From contig CM041465.1 of assembly GCA_023213395.1 (NCBI GenBank), positions 219,053,741 to 219,117,740 on the forward strand: 64,000 nt of DNA, in the 5' to 3' direction. How positions within the stretch are numbered: the stretch's first letter is position 1; every line of letters begins with the position of its first letter. This DNA comes from Cycas panzhihuaensis. Lineage: Eukaryota; Plantae; Cycadophyta. The position numbers were made by a program, and so were the translations under genes. Below are positions 25,707-38,191 of the stretch, one piece after another. Under the pieces are notes generated by a model that saw only the letters and a list, made by a program, of their open reading frames with translations, searched no databases and was not told the DNA's origin.

Positions 25707-28280
25707 TGTTTCCCAGCTACTGGGAATGGACTCAAGACGCATCGACTCAGGTAAGCTCAGGTATACGTTCTTACTTCTCTCTGCTCTTGCTTGACTGAGG
25801 TCATTTAGTACAGACTGCCTGACGCATGCTTGCCTACCTGCATTGCCTCTTTGCTTGATCATATTGCATGTGCTTACAACACGCTTTCAGCCTATGACGA
25901 CTCACAATGGGGGCATTCCTCAGTGAATGTTACACCCCATATGGTGCACAACCACCCCCTTTGTCTCCATGACCCCTCTGGATGCTTTAGCCAGTCATGT
26001 TCACCCCTGTTATGACACCCTGCTCATGTTGCAGTCTCTTCCAAGTCTGATTAAATCCTTGGTTGAGACCTAGTTCACTTTCTTGGCTACTTGCCCATCA
26101 CCTGGGTATTCCCCCCAGTTGTTCCAGTCTTAATTTACTCTTAATATTAACTCCAAACCCTTATTTCTGCTTATTTTTGCTTATTTTTTGTTTCCAGTCT
26201 CGTACCGCTGTAAACTTAGCAGTACCACGATCTTTGCCACGGTACAGCGAAGTTTACTGCGGGGTGACTATTTGATTTTTTTTTTTTAAAATCACGCGAT
26301 AGTTTTTGCTTTTTTCGCGGAACTACCACGTGGCACCTGCGCATTTGAGGCACCCTGAGATCCCCAATGTTCACTTATAGTGGGCAAGGGATAAAACTAA
26401 ACTTCCTCTTCATTTTCAAGGATTCTTAGTTCGTTTTTATAAAAAACTCTACTAAAATCCTCCATAGAAAACTACTACAAGATAAGACACATAATTGCTG
26501 CTCTTGACCTGGGACCATTGCTGTCCCCATTGCTCATGAACAGCAAGCTCTACATCTGTTTGCAGATCTTCACAGCTTCAAGGAGGATATACTTCAAAGT
26601 CTCCCAAAAGGACAAGCTTCAAAGGCTCTCAACTCACAGGATCACTCTCATATTTGTCTCCTCTTCCAAACCTGCCATCATATCTTACTGAATGCTGGCT
26701 TTTTCTTACCATTTCCCAGAAGGTTCATGCTTGATATCTTCACAACAAGGTACCTTCATGTTTACTTTGAAATGCATGCCATTTCTTTCCATGTTTTGTG
26801 AGTAAATTCCTAGTTTATGTGCTTTTTTGGTTGCTATACCTATTTAGCACTATTTTCCTTGCTTGTTGCACCATAGTGCTCTCCTACCATTCCTATCAGC
26901 TTGCTTTTAGGTGGCTGTTGCAAGGGGATAACATAGAGGAAGTTAGAGGGAAGAAGGCAGGGCCAGTCCCCCTTACTGCCCTTCTCCCCAAGGGTTCTGT
27001 CCCTTAATTTCTCTCCCTTTGCACCTTTGTGCCTTTCTAGAAGTCAGGTTAGGGAATTTGGAGGCTCATTTTCGGATCTAAATCAGCGTTGGTAGCCCAT
27101 TACCATGCTAGTTTTAGATTTTCGTCTGTTGGTTTTGGGCATCGCATAAGCCCCAAAACTGATTCTTGTCGGTTAATAGTTTACAACCCACCCAGTTAGA
27201 CGATTTGCTGTCTGTAGCATCTTGTTCTTTGGGGTGCTTGCATACCTCTTAGTTACCTTTTTCTTCCTTATTGTTCGCTGCCCCATGTTCTTGCTGCTGG
27301 TTCACTTTCCTTTCCTAAGGACAAGTGGAGACCATCCGTGGGTGAGTTATCCAATCCGAGGCTATACTCTTGTTTGGGTGTCATTTGCGGTAATTGTTTG
27401 TGGAAACTTTGTTGAATGCTATTTCATTAGATAATAATGCATATGCTTAGCTTAGTTTGACTATGTTTACTCTAAGTTTAATATACATATTAGATCTATT
27501 TCGTAGCCCCCCTTCTGAGAGGGAGACGCTTGTTTGCTTGGCAGGATCTTGCATCGGTGGAGTCGCGTGTGGAAAAAACCCATTGCAGGTTAGTTCTATA
27601 TTTGACACTTTTTATCATTTTCTGTTATTTACCGTTCACATTTTGCACATATTGGGGGAGGTAAGCTAGCCCCTCTTCAGTCATTCACGGCATCCATCGC
27701 CGATCGGTATCGGATGTGCAACAAGTGGAGTGGGAAGGAACGGGAAGCGAAGAGACGCATAGCACTCCATTCAGATGCCAGGTCCAGGTATTTTCCTTGT
27801 CCTTGCATGTTTTCTTTATGGTGTTGTACTTTATGCACATGCTTGCATAGTTCAAAACACATAAGAAACTGAAAGAGGAAAAGAATATACTTTTGCTTTG
27901 CATATCTTTTATCTAGTGGTTAGTCTAGCATATTTAGATAGTTCATTTTATGTTAGAACTACCCACACCTTGCCCCTTTGGCCAGCCTACACCTAGACGC
28001 CACATTTTACATACATTCCCATTCTCGTTTTGCCTTCTGACTTCCTTGAGAAGATGCAACGTGCCAGGTTCTCTCCTCCTCTTCCAGGCCATCCGAGGGC
28101 TAGGAAGGCCTTGCTTTCTGGAACTACCTAGAAGCAACCAGGCACCTCTGCAGCTCCCGAATCCACGCTCCGGCCCACGAATGCCCTGTGAGATGAATCT
28201 TTGCTGTTTAGCCCAACCTAGTCTTGCATAATCCATTCTCTTGCTAAACGTAGGGATACCACCCCACGGACAGCATTTCA
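25707..28280 (+). repeat. 5' LTR of element A (2574 bp)
   Basis: TGTTTCCC...CATTTCA; colinear with 39539-42115. Confidence 0.97.
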
Positions 28281-28281
28281 C

Positions 28282-28299
28282 TGGCGACCATACTAGGGA
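28282..28299 (+). promoter_or_regulatory. Primer binding site of A (tRNA-Arg-like)
   Basis: TGGCGACCATACTAGGGA, 1 nt after the LTR. It resembles the TGGCGACTCCACTGGGGA Arg PBS of Ogre/Tat elements; the tRNA identity is inferred. Confidence 0.85.
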
Positions 28300-28544
28300 C
28301 TGCCAGTAAAGAAACTAGTTTCGCTTCCCTTTTTCGTTGGTGTTCTTGCTTTTAGGCAGCTTTCTCGTTTTGCTTTTCAGTTGGGTAGCCCCCAACATAT
28401 TTGTTTCATGCCCCTTTTACTTTCTTCTAACAACATTCGTGAAGGCGTTGCATGTGACGTTTCTCGCGTCGCTTACGAGGTCTACCGCTGTTGTTAGAAG
28501 ACCCATCGCCTTGTTCCCTTCCATCGTCAGATCCTGATTCGACA

Positions 28545-31500
28545 ATGGAAGGTTACCAGTCTGATTGGGCTTACCACACTAAGGTCTCAGGAACTCAAGA
28601 GTTTCCTGCGTCTGTTCCGGGATCCACCCACGAGGGTGATGATCCTATCTATTATCCGGGTGATCTGTTTCACCCTTATGACCTCCATCCTTCTGCTCAT
28701 GCAACAGAAGGCTGGCCTCTTCACGAGACTCACCATCCTATTGGTGAATCTTATGAGGAGCACCCTGAGGGGTCCCTGACATTCGAGATCCCATCGACCT
28801 CATATGGCTACAAGGACACCCCTCATGCCGACGTGGTTAAAGCACTCAGCGAGTACTTTCGAGCAACTCGCCATCAACCATGTCCCAGATGGTTTGAAGA
28901 AGTTTTGCATGGTGTAGTGCCTTCTTCATCCGCACCTGCGCCTCCTACAACAAATGATTCTTCTACCCATGCACACTCATCCCATGCCGTGTCCACACCC
29001 ATATGGGGTGGACCCGTTACACCCATATGGGGTTGCACCACCTACGGGTGGCCCATATGGGAAGAATCTAGTCCCGCACCCTTCATTTCTGCCATCCAGT
29101 GCAACTCCTATTGCCACGCCTTCGCAAGGGAATGTGCCTCCCTTCCAAGGTGTTTATCCGCAACTCCCCTTCCAGCAAGGGGCATTCCCCCAAGGAGAGA
29201 TGGGTTTACCACCCCCATCCATTCCTGCTTCTTTATTGTTCGTCGATCCTTTGGCCCATGTAAGGACATGTCCCTTCATGGACTACAGGTCGACGTCGCT
29301 ATCCGTTGAGGCGCTAAGGACTAACCTGCCACCTCACCCTCCTGAAGTTCCTAAATTTGACAGAACTTCATCGCAAGACCCAACCGAGCACGTGCGTAGT
29401 TTCTCTATGGCATGCATAGACTACTAGGCTTACAACCACATTCTAATGAAGCTATTTCCGTGATCCTTGCAGGGTGACGCCCTTAAATGGTTCTACCATC
29501 TCCCTGCTCACTCCATTTATTCATTCCAGCAATTGGTGGATGAATTCGTTAATTATTTTGACATAGCCCGTCCATTCAAGAGCAGAATGAAAGCTCTCCT
29601 TTCGCTCAAAAAAGGTCACAATGAAATGAATCGTGACTTTGTGAGGCGATTCCATGATCTCCTTCACTCTACCAAGGCCACATTGCCTGAGGAGTTGAAG
29701 CGAGATCTCTTCGTCAATGCACTTTACCCCGAAGTGCATGTGGAAGTCCTCAAGATGGGGGCAACCGCATGTGACTCCATGATCACGAAGTGCTTGGTGT
29801 TAGAGGCTATTGAGATCCAAGCTGGACTCAAGAAACCTCTTAAGCCCTCACAACATTGTGAGGCACCTCCCCCAGCAAAGGAAACCAAACCTTCGCAACC
29901 TGCCAGGTCTACCATTCATCCTACTGAGAGGACTTTAGACCCCCTTACTTTCGCTATACGCTCATTCAAGCACACGATGAAGGAGCTTAAACTCCAATCC
30001 CCTTCATTTCCAACCTCCCATAAACTAATTCAACAAGCTTCTCATGTCGTTCCCCCCAAAGCGGGTGGCACCCAACCTTCTCAAGTAAGGAGAGTTGATC
30101 CTCCTCTTGAGAAGAGGTGATGTTCCATCCATGGGGAATGTTTTCACGATGACTCACATTGTCGGGTGCAACACCCACGTGATGCCCTGCCGCATGATTC
30201 GTCTCCTAGACGGGCATCGAGGCCTAATCTCGATCAACCCATTCATAGGGATCTGTTCCCCAAACATGGGGAGTGTGATCGTAATGTTCAACAAAGAAAC
30301 AATCAGAATCAGGATAGATCCCCTGATTCTCGCCCTTCGCATGGTAGAGGGAAGGGTGCGCAAGGTTCATCCTCCTCCTCGCGCTCCCCTGACCGTCGTG
30401 CTCCATCACCTTCGCGGTCCCGTAACAAGGAAAAGAAGGTGATCCAGATGTTTGAGACCACTCCCCTTTATGCCTTGACCCGGTCTCAAGTCGCAAAAGA
30501 GGCAACTGGTGCCTTTGCGTCTACGTCGCACCTTGATCCTCCTCTGGAAGTCGTTCCTCCAGAGATTCTTGCGCTTCCCAAGAGCATTCCTGTCTGCCCC
30601 AGTCACTTTGACTTTAGGAGAGCCCTTACCCAACCCATAGGGAGGGGTAGGCCTTTCTCCGTAGTCGAAGAGCTTCTTACTGTGGCTGCCGGGATGTCCA
30701 TCATGGACGTCTTGAGAAGCTACCTCGAGTAACGAATGCTCCTTTTGGAAGCTTTAGGATTGAATGACGCGCTTGTTCACGCTCTGGGCACAACCCAAAG
30801 TGGTGAACCCATCATCTCCTTCAATCCTAGAGATCTTCCCCCAGCCAGTGGAAGAGAATGCCAATGGAACTTCCCTTTCACAATTACCATTGATATTCCT
30901 GATTGCACATTGCGAAGAATTGTTGTGGACAATGGTTCTTTTGTCAATGCCATGCCCTTGCGCGTCATGCAAGAGCTTGGCATTTCTGCCTTGGAACCTA
31001 TTCTATGGCGATGTCAAGGTTACGGCGGTAGTAAGAAGACTCCCCTGGGATTTGTCTCGATACCTCTTACCCTCGAGGATAAGACTGTCCTTGCCGACAT
31101 CGTTGTCCTCGATGTTGATGTTGATTACAACCTTCTTTTGGGTTGACCATGGCTTGACCAAATGGGAGCCGTGTGTTCCACTCGTTGGGGACAACTTAAG
31201 TTTGTCCATAACAGACAAATGAGAGTTATCTCCCGTGAGTGACCGCTTGCAAAATAAACTAGACCTTCTACTCAAGCAAGCCATGGCCATACGAAGGGAA
31301 GCAAACGCCCTTCTGATCATGCCTTAGCCTGCTCGATCGGTATCCCCGATCCCTCTTGCTATGAAGAAGATCCCACATCTTCTTCCTCTGATTTAACGCG
31401 TTTCACCACCATCGGCATCAAAAGCTATGGGTACGTTGTCATGTTTGACGATGATGGGTCCCATAGTGAGGATGAGGATCTTCCTCACCCAGTTTCTTTC

Positions 31501-34500
31501 CTCTGCGCTAGTGGGGGGTATTCATCTAGTTCTAGGTCTCCTCCTAGGACTCCTTTTGTCACAGAACTCGATCACTCTCCTGTGTCACACACCATTGTTA
31601 GTGTTGACCGGCAGAATCCTGGTTTTCCCTTTCCATCACCTCCCATGAGTGATGGCATTAAGAGTTTCCCTCTTGCTTTTTATGAGGGATCTCTCCTTGA
31701 CTCTCCCTTAGAGTCCCTTATGGATGTTGGGTAGCTTACAGGCCATATCGGTCCTATCACTCCTATGCCATCCTGCACCTCGTCCATTCGAGGTCAGGTC
31801 ATCCATGGGGTGGACTACTTTGAGGATGATGAGGCTTTACTGGAGCACTTAACTGGCTCCATGCCCATTTTACCTTCTGGTCACCACAAGCTCGGCCACC
31901 AGAAGGTCCTAGTGATTGGGTCCACACTAGTTGACCCGATCCCTTCTTCCATTTTGTTTGTTCTTGTTGATCTTGCCCCCCTCCATTTCGAGGAGGAGAA
32001 TGCTATGTGTGTGGGAGCAACCCAAGATATAGTCCTCACCCTGGGCAAGATCATTAAGGTAGGGGCAGAATGTACTCCTAATGAAGTGAGGGAATACTCC
32101 CTCCTGTTCCAGGAATTCCATAATGTGTTCACGTGGGACTACTCCGACATGAAGGGAATTGATCCCTCCATCATCACACACAACCTTACGACTATTCTTG
32201 ACACTCATCCCGTGCATCAGAAGCAGTGTCCTCTCCATCCCAAACTTTTAGCCACCGTTAAGATGGAGGTTGAAAAGCTTTTGGATGCAGGACTCATCTC
32301 TTCCATCGATTACCCCAAGTGGGTATCGAACATCGTTCCCATTGCTAAAAAGAATGAGACCATTCGTATATGTGTCGACTTCTGCAACATAAACAATGCT
32401 TGTCCTAAGGACAACTTTCCTCTCCCCTTTATCGATCAAATAATTGATTGTATGACTGGATTCGAAGTCATGTCCTTAATGGATGGCTTCTCTGGCTATA
32501 ACCAAATCTAGATTTCTCCTTAAGACTGCCACAAGACGGCCTTCACTACACCATGGGGTACCTTTGCCTACAAGGCAATGCCCTTTGGTCTTAAGAATGC
32601 ATGGGCTACTTATCAAAGAGCCATGCATTTCATTTTTCACGACCTCATCAACAATATGTTAGAGGTCTTCATTGACGATATGATGGGTCTTTCACATACC
32701 AGAGCCCATCATCCCTCTGACTTGCGGGCCATCTTCTCACGATGCCGCAAGTACCATGTCAGTTTAAACCTGCTTAAATGTGTGTTTGCCGCCACCTCAG
32801 GCAAACTCTTGGGTTTCCTTATGTCAAAGCAAGGAATCCAAATCAATCCAGAAAAAGTCAAGGCAATCCTTGACATGCCGCCTGCTAAAACCCAAGACAA
32901 ATTAAGTCATTTCTAGGCAGGCTTAGCTTCCTTAGGCATTTTTTGGTAGATTTTTCCATAAATGCCAAACCCCTTACCAACCTATTGAAGAAAGGAGCCC
33001 CATTTGTTTGGACTAACAAGACTCAACAAGCCTTTATAGGACTCAAGGAAGCTCTCGTTTCTGCTCCTACGTTGGCGCCTCCTTGCTTTGATAGGCCCTT
33101 CATCCTATACACCTCAGCAACTGACGAATCCCTGGGCATAATGCTCGCATAGGAGGATGACTCAGGAACAGAGAGAGCTATCTATTTCATTAGCCACACC
33201 CTCATTACCGCTGAACTAAACTATCCTCCCACCAAGAAAGAATGCCTCTCCTTGGTCCATGCGACCAAGAAGTTTAGGCATTACTTGCTTGGCAATACTA
33301 CTAAGGTGATCATTCAATCTGATCCCTTGCGTTACTTACTTACTTATTCAGATTTAACGGGTAGGGAAGGTCGTTGGGCTGTCCTACTTTAAGAGTTTGA
33401 CTTATAAATCATTAACAGGAAGTCAAAGAAGGGAATGATAATGGTAGAATAATTAGTTGATGCTGCCATTCCCAATGCAGGCGGCGTTCCCGTTGATGAC
33501 TCTTTCCCCGACGAGTCTATTTTGACTGTCCAAGATGCTTCTCCTCACCCACTCACTAATAGCGAGTGGTATGGCAACATTGTTTAATATTTGACTCAAC
33601 AGGAATATTGCCCTGAAGCCAGCAACAAGGTTAGGTCGCACATCTGCGCCACAGTGAGACAACACTTCCTCATGGATGAAGTATTATACAAGAGATCCTT
33701 CGATAGGATCCTGCTTCGTTGCATCGCTTCTGACGAAACGGACTAAATACTCTGCGAATGCCATCATGGCATTTGTGGGGGCCACTTTGGGGGTCAATCT
33801 ATGGCCCAAAGGATCCTTCACATGGGTTATTACTAGCCGTCCCTTTTCAAGGACGCCCATGCCTATGCCCTTAGATGTCGACGATGCCATGAGCACACCA
33901 ATATCTCTCATGTGCCTTCCGAGGCCTTGCACCCTATCGTATCTCCATGGCCCTTTTCTCAATGGGGTTTAGACCTCATTGGTGCTATATCGCTGCCATC
34001 TTCCGCATAACATAAATACATCTTAACCGCTACTAAATATTTCACCAAATGGGCAGAGGCAATCCCCCTGTCCACTACGCCTGGCAAGACGATAGCCACC
34101 TTCATCTACCAGCATATCATTTGCCGTTTCGGGATTCCAAATGTCCTAATTACAGATAATGCAACCTCCTTTTGTAATAAGGAAATAGACAAGCTTTGCG
34201 AGAAATTCAAGATCTCGCATAAGACCTCATCTCCTTATTACCCCCAGGCAAACGGGCAAGTTGAGTCCTTCAACAAAACTATTGTCAACATTCTAAAGAA
34301 GACCGCTGCGCAATCTCAAAGAGATTGGCACCTCCAACTCCCTTCCGCCCTGTGGGCCTATTGCACTTCTATCCGCATGGCTACTGGAATGACTCCATTA
34401 TCTTTAGTTTATGGAACCAAGACAGTACTCCCACTGGAAGTGGAGATTCCCTCTCTACGGGTTTCCCTTCGAGGTCTCATTGATGAGGAGTCTATCCGCT

Positions 34501-34811
34501 AGGCTCGCCTCCTAGATCTCGAAGCCCTGGATGAGAGGCACTTAATGGCTTATCAAGCGAATCTCGCTTTGAAAGGCCACCTATAAAGGACTCACGACAA
34601 ACGTCTTTGTGCTCTTCCTTTATGCCCTGGGGACCATGTCCTCAAGTTGGAATACCTCTACGATCGCCTGACCAAATTTGGGCCCAAATGGGTAGGTCCC
34701 TTCGTTGTTCTCGAAAGCCTCGACAATGGCACCTGCAGGATCGCCACCTTGGAAGGCCTGGAATTTGAGAAGGCAGTCAACAGAATGTTCCTTAAAAAGT
34801 GTTATGCATGA
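28545..34811 (+). pseudogene. gag-pol of element A (in-frame stops, at least two frameshifts)
   Basis: Gag ALKWFYHLPAHSIYSFQQLVDEF. CxxHx4Hx4C knuckle at about 30121. Protease VVDNGS...LLLG. RT WVSNIVPIAKK, MDGFSGYNQI and FIDD. RH PFILYTSATDE. INT zinc finger and core. Stop at 34809-34811. Confidence 0.95.
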
Positions 34812-34840
34812 TCTTTCGGCGATCCCTTCGCGATGCTCCA

Positions 34841-35192
34841 AAATGAGCCTAAACTACCATCTTAAATTGTTCCCATTTCTCTTGACCACGGGTTGAATGA
34901 CAATTTAAGGTGTCTTCTTCATCTCCTCCTGGTTCCTCCCATGGAACCCATGTTCCCATTTCCTTTGGGACTTTGTCCTCCTATTTTAGCATCCCGCAGC
35001 TAGGATGACGCTATGAAATGAGCCTAAACTACCATCTTAGGTTGTTCCCATCCTTCCCAACCATGGGTAGAATGGTAATTTAAGATGGATTCTCGCTTTT
35101 CCTTCTGGTTCCTCCCATGGAACCTATGTTCCCGTATCCTCTCGGGAACCTTTCGTCTTCCTATTTGGGCATCCCCTAGTTAGGACAACGCT
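34841..35192 (+). repeat. Two 175-bp hairpin-rich tandem units downstream of pol
   Basis: Units start AAATGAGCCTAAACTACCATCTTA at 34841 and 35016. Each contains several inverted repeats. Confidence 0.9.
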
Positions 35193-35619
35193 TTGGAGTA
35201 CCATTACTCCTCTCTCCTGCCTGTTGTTTCCTTCACATATTCTATTATGCTCCTCCGTGGACGTGTATGTCACTCTATTTCTAACCTCACACCTCTCTAT
35301 CACCTCTAATTACGGTGGATGTGTGTGCTCCTATTAGACATATAGCCATATATGGAAGGAAATATGTGCACTTACAACAAAACATTTACAACATACAAAA
35401 CAAAGCATACATGCTATCTACCACATGATATACACAACATCTCGTATCAAAGTGGGGTGCCAATTACCCCGTATATATATACACCAAAATCATATGTTAC
35501 ATCATACATGTGGGAAGCCGGTATCCTTGTAGGGGGGGTACAATCATATGAGTATATATATGACCCCTTGGAGGCCCGTGCTTTCCCCTGTCAAAATAAC
35601 ATACATGAGTATTACACTA

Positions 35620-38062
35620 CTACTGCCCTGCTCCTAGGGTACCATCTCCTGGCCTGTTTGATCCCTCTCCTGGGGACCACATCCTTCCGAGGCTCCTCCT
35701 GGGCCTCCGTGAGCTACCTGCCTCGCTTCCCTAATCGCATGGCCATCTCGGGGTCGTCGTTACTATATGAGTGTATGTCCTACTCCTGCTCGACCTCAAC
35801 ACCATCTGGTCCACTAGTTGATCGTATTGAACTTGGATACGTTTCCTCTCTCCCCGGAGTCCCTCCTCCATACTCTGGAATCTCTCCTCTGTCACTCTGA
35901 GGCGCTCCTCTAGCACTGTTATCCAGACCATGCTCCCTATGTCTCCACCAGCTCCTCCCTGAGCCTCTAGAGCCTGGACCCGTCCACGTAGCCTGTCTCG
36001 CTCGCTCCTCACCTCATCGAGCTCTTGCTACATCTGTCCCCTGAAAGCTATGTGCTCTTGGGACTCTATAGCCCAGATGTCTCTCACCCTCGCCAACGGG
36101 GCGAATGCCTCCATGTAAGGACCTGCTGATCTAGGCGCATCCCCTGCCTGGATGGGTGGTTGCCCCTTTGCATACACCTAAGGGAACATCTCCCTCACCA
36201 TGGCCTTTACCAGTCTCCTAACCTCTGTAGCACCTGCCAATGCAACATGCCATCTGTTAGTGAATATCCCACTGCATGCCATGATAAAACCAAATCAAAT
36301 ATCTATCAAGCTGTCAAATGACTAGGGAATGGTTAGGCCTCACCTGCCATGGCTGCCGGCTCCTCTGCTCGCGTGACATCCTCTCCTCTTGGCTCTCCGC
36401 CAACTTCGGGTACCTCATCCTCGGGTACCTCCTCTACCTGGTCCTCTCTCCTCGCAGGGACTGGCTCAACTCTCGTCTCTCCAGATCTCCTCATGATCCG
36501 TAGCCTGCGGGCCCTAGTCACCAACCCCCTGCTCTCCTCAGTTGCCCCTGATGGGCCTACCTCTTCTTCGGCAGTCTCGGATGGTCCTGCTGCTCCTCCT
36601 GTCGACCTCGATGGACCTACCTCTCCCACAGGTCGCGATGGGCTGATCCCATCTCCTCCGTCAGTGTCATCATCATCGTCATCATCATCTATGGGCACTC
36701 CTGCTCTGCCTACCTCATCATCGCTATCCCACCTCACCGATCTGTGTGGATTTGCCATATAGTTTGTCATGGTGATGAGGTCCAGCGATGTCGCCTCCAT
36801 TGATCGCTGGACGTGGGCCTAGTCCTTCATCCCCCTCAGTCGAGTCTGCCATCTGTGGACCATTGGAGCCCACTCTGCTATGGGGTGTGGTTCCCCCACT
36901 GGTGTCACTGCCACGAAGTGATCAAAGAACCAGCACTGCAACAATGTGTTGTAAGAGAGTCCTCTCTTCCCTGCTACTCTGATGGCATCGAGCTGTGTGA
37001 CGAGGTTCACTGCTATCATAGTCACCCAGTCCAATCTCTCACTGGCTTCGCAATGGCGCACTGTATCTATCCATCCTCCGGGTACCTCTCTATAATTCTG
37101 TTTATGGGAAATCTAGAACAGAATGCACAGCGTGATCAGTTTCCTCACTCGAGGAATCCTCGACATCAGCATAGTCTGGAGAGGGACTCCTCTTCGCTCC
37201 CACCTGTCAGCCCCTGTAAAGAACATGGCCACCTCTCTGTGTGCTACCTCAGTGTTAGGCAGTGGTCCCAATGTCATCGACCTCCCAGTCGCTAGTACCC
37301 CCAAGATATGCCGGATGTCTCCTGGTGTCACTGTCACATCGCCTACTTGCGGCAAGTGAAACACGTGCCTCCTCCAATCCTAGTGTGACACTATATCGAC
37401 CAAAAGTCTATGATCTGATGTGAACTGAGGTGTCTTCAAGGCTTTGTACATGCCACACCTCTGCAGAATCTCCTTGTCCCCCCGAGACATCATCTTGATG
37501 TAACTCAGCATAGCCATGCCAACGTTTTCACGGTTATCCACCGCGATAACTGCCTGCCAGCACCAAAAATCAATCAAAGTCAGCCTCCTAATAGTCATTT
37601 ATGCTCTTGGCTATCTCTCAGTTCTCTCTGCCTGAGATTTGGGGCCTTATGGCCTCTCATCTTCTTTTTTCTGATTTTCTACCTTCATACCACGCTAAAC
37701 TTAGTGGTACTACTAAATTTAGCATGGGTCCTGCGACGATCAGGGGCCCTACAGCAATGATCGCGGCACCACAATCTTCGCCACAGTATGAACGATAACC
37801 CCCTTAAAAAGGGGGTTTTTTACCTTGAAAAAAAAAAAAAAAATCCTTTTGATGGACCCTATGGGGCCCACCGGGATCAGGGCTCTCTAATGCCCAGGTC
37901 CCGCCTCTTTCTGGGTCCAATTCAGACTCCGAGAGGCCTCCAATTGCCCATAAGGGGCGTACAAATTTCACAAAAAACTACAAAAAAGTAATGAAATAAA
38001 AACTTTGAAATGGGAAGGGTTTTGTGAGATCCACTCATTGGATCTGGCCTGGCTGTCGCCAT
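35620..38062 (-). pseudogene. Antisense 3-exon PMD / acidic linker / coiled-coil gene of element A (about 615 aa when spliced)
   Basis: Exons 38062-38039, 37553-36344 and 36233-35620 total 1848 nt in one continuous frame with only TAG stops. PMD motifs VFHLPQVGDVTVTPGDIRHILG and LDW...GLSYNTLLQCWFFDHF. Intron 2 is CAG|GTGAGG...CTAAC...GCAG|G. Confidence 0.85.
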
Positions 38063-38191
38063 CTCGTCTCGACGATCTTGCTGGCTCTCGTTGCGCTCTG
38101 ATCCAATAGTCAGATCATCCCTCGCATGCCTCCAAAGTTGGGCGACGCTCCGTTGCGTAAGGAGATGGCTCTGGTTTCTCATGAGAGCTGG

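Noticed and set aside
25674-28281. Short ORFs in the LTRs, duplicated at 39461-41689
   Set aside because: The duplication reflects LTR identity. They have no recognisable domain, and stops differ between the two LTRs.
34841-35192. Hammerhead ribozyme or tRNA-like identity for the hairpin units
   Set aside because: No CUGAnGA/GAAA core or tRNA A/B boxes were seen in the right geometry. Kept only as an unassigned structured repeat.
35352-37359. Plus-strand ORFs (182, 137, 160 aa) after pol
   Set aside because: They are shadow frames opposite the PMD gene; the conserved motifs and splice signals are on the minus strand.
38033-38038. AT at the intron-1 donor in A and B as a U12 AT-AC intron
   Set aside because: There is no ATATCC donor consensus, the acceptors are AG, and C has canonical GTGAGT. 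Deamination is the simpler explanation.
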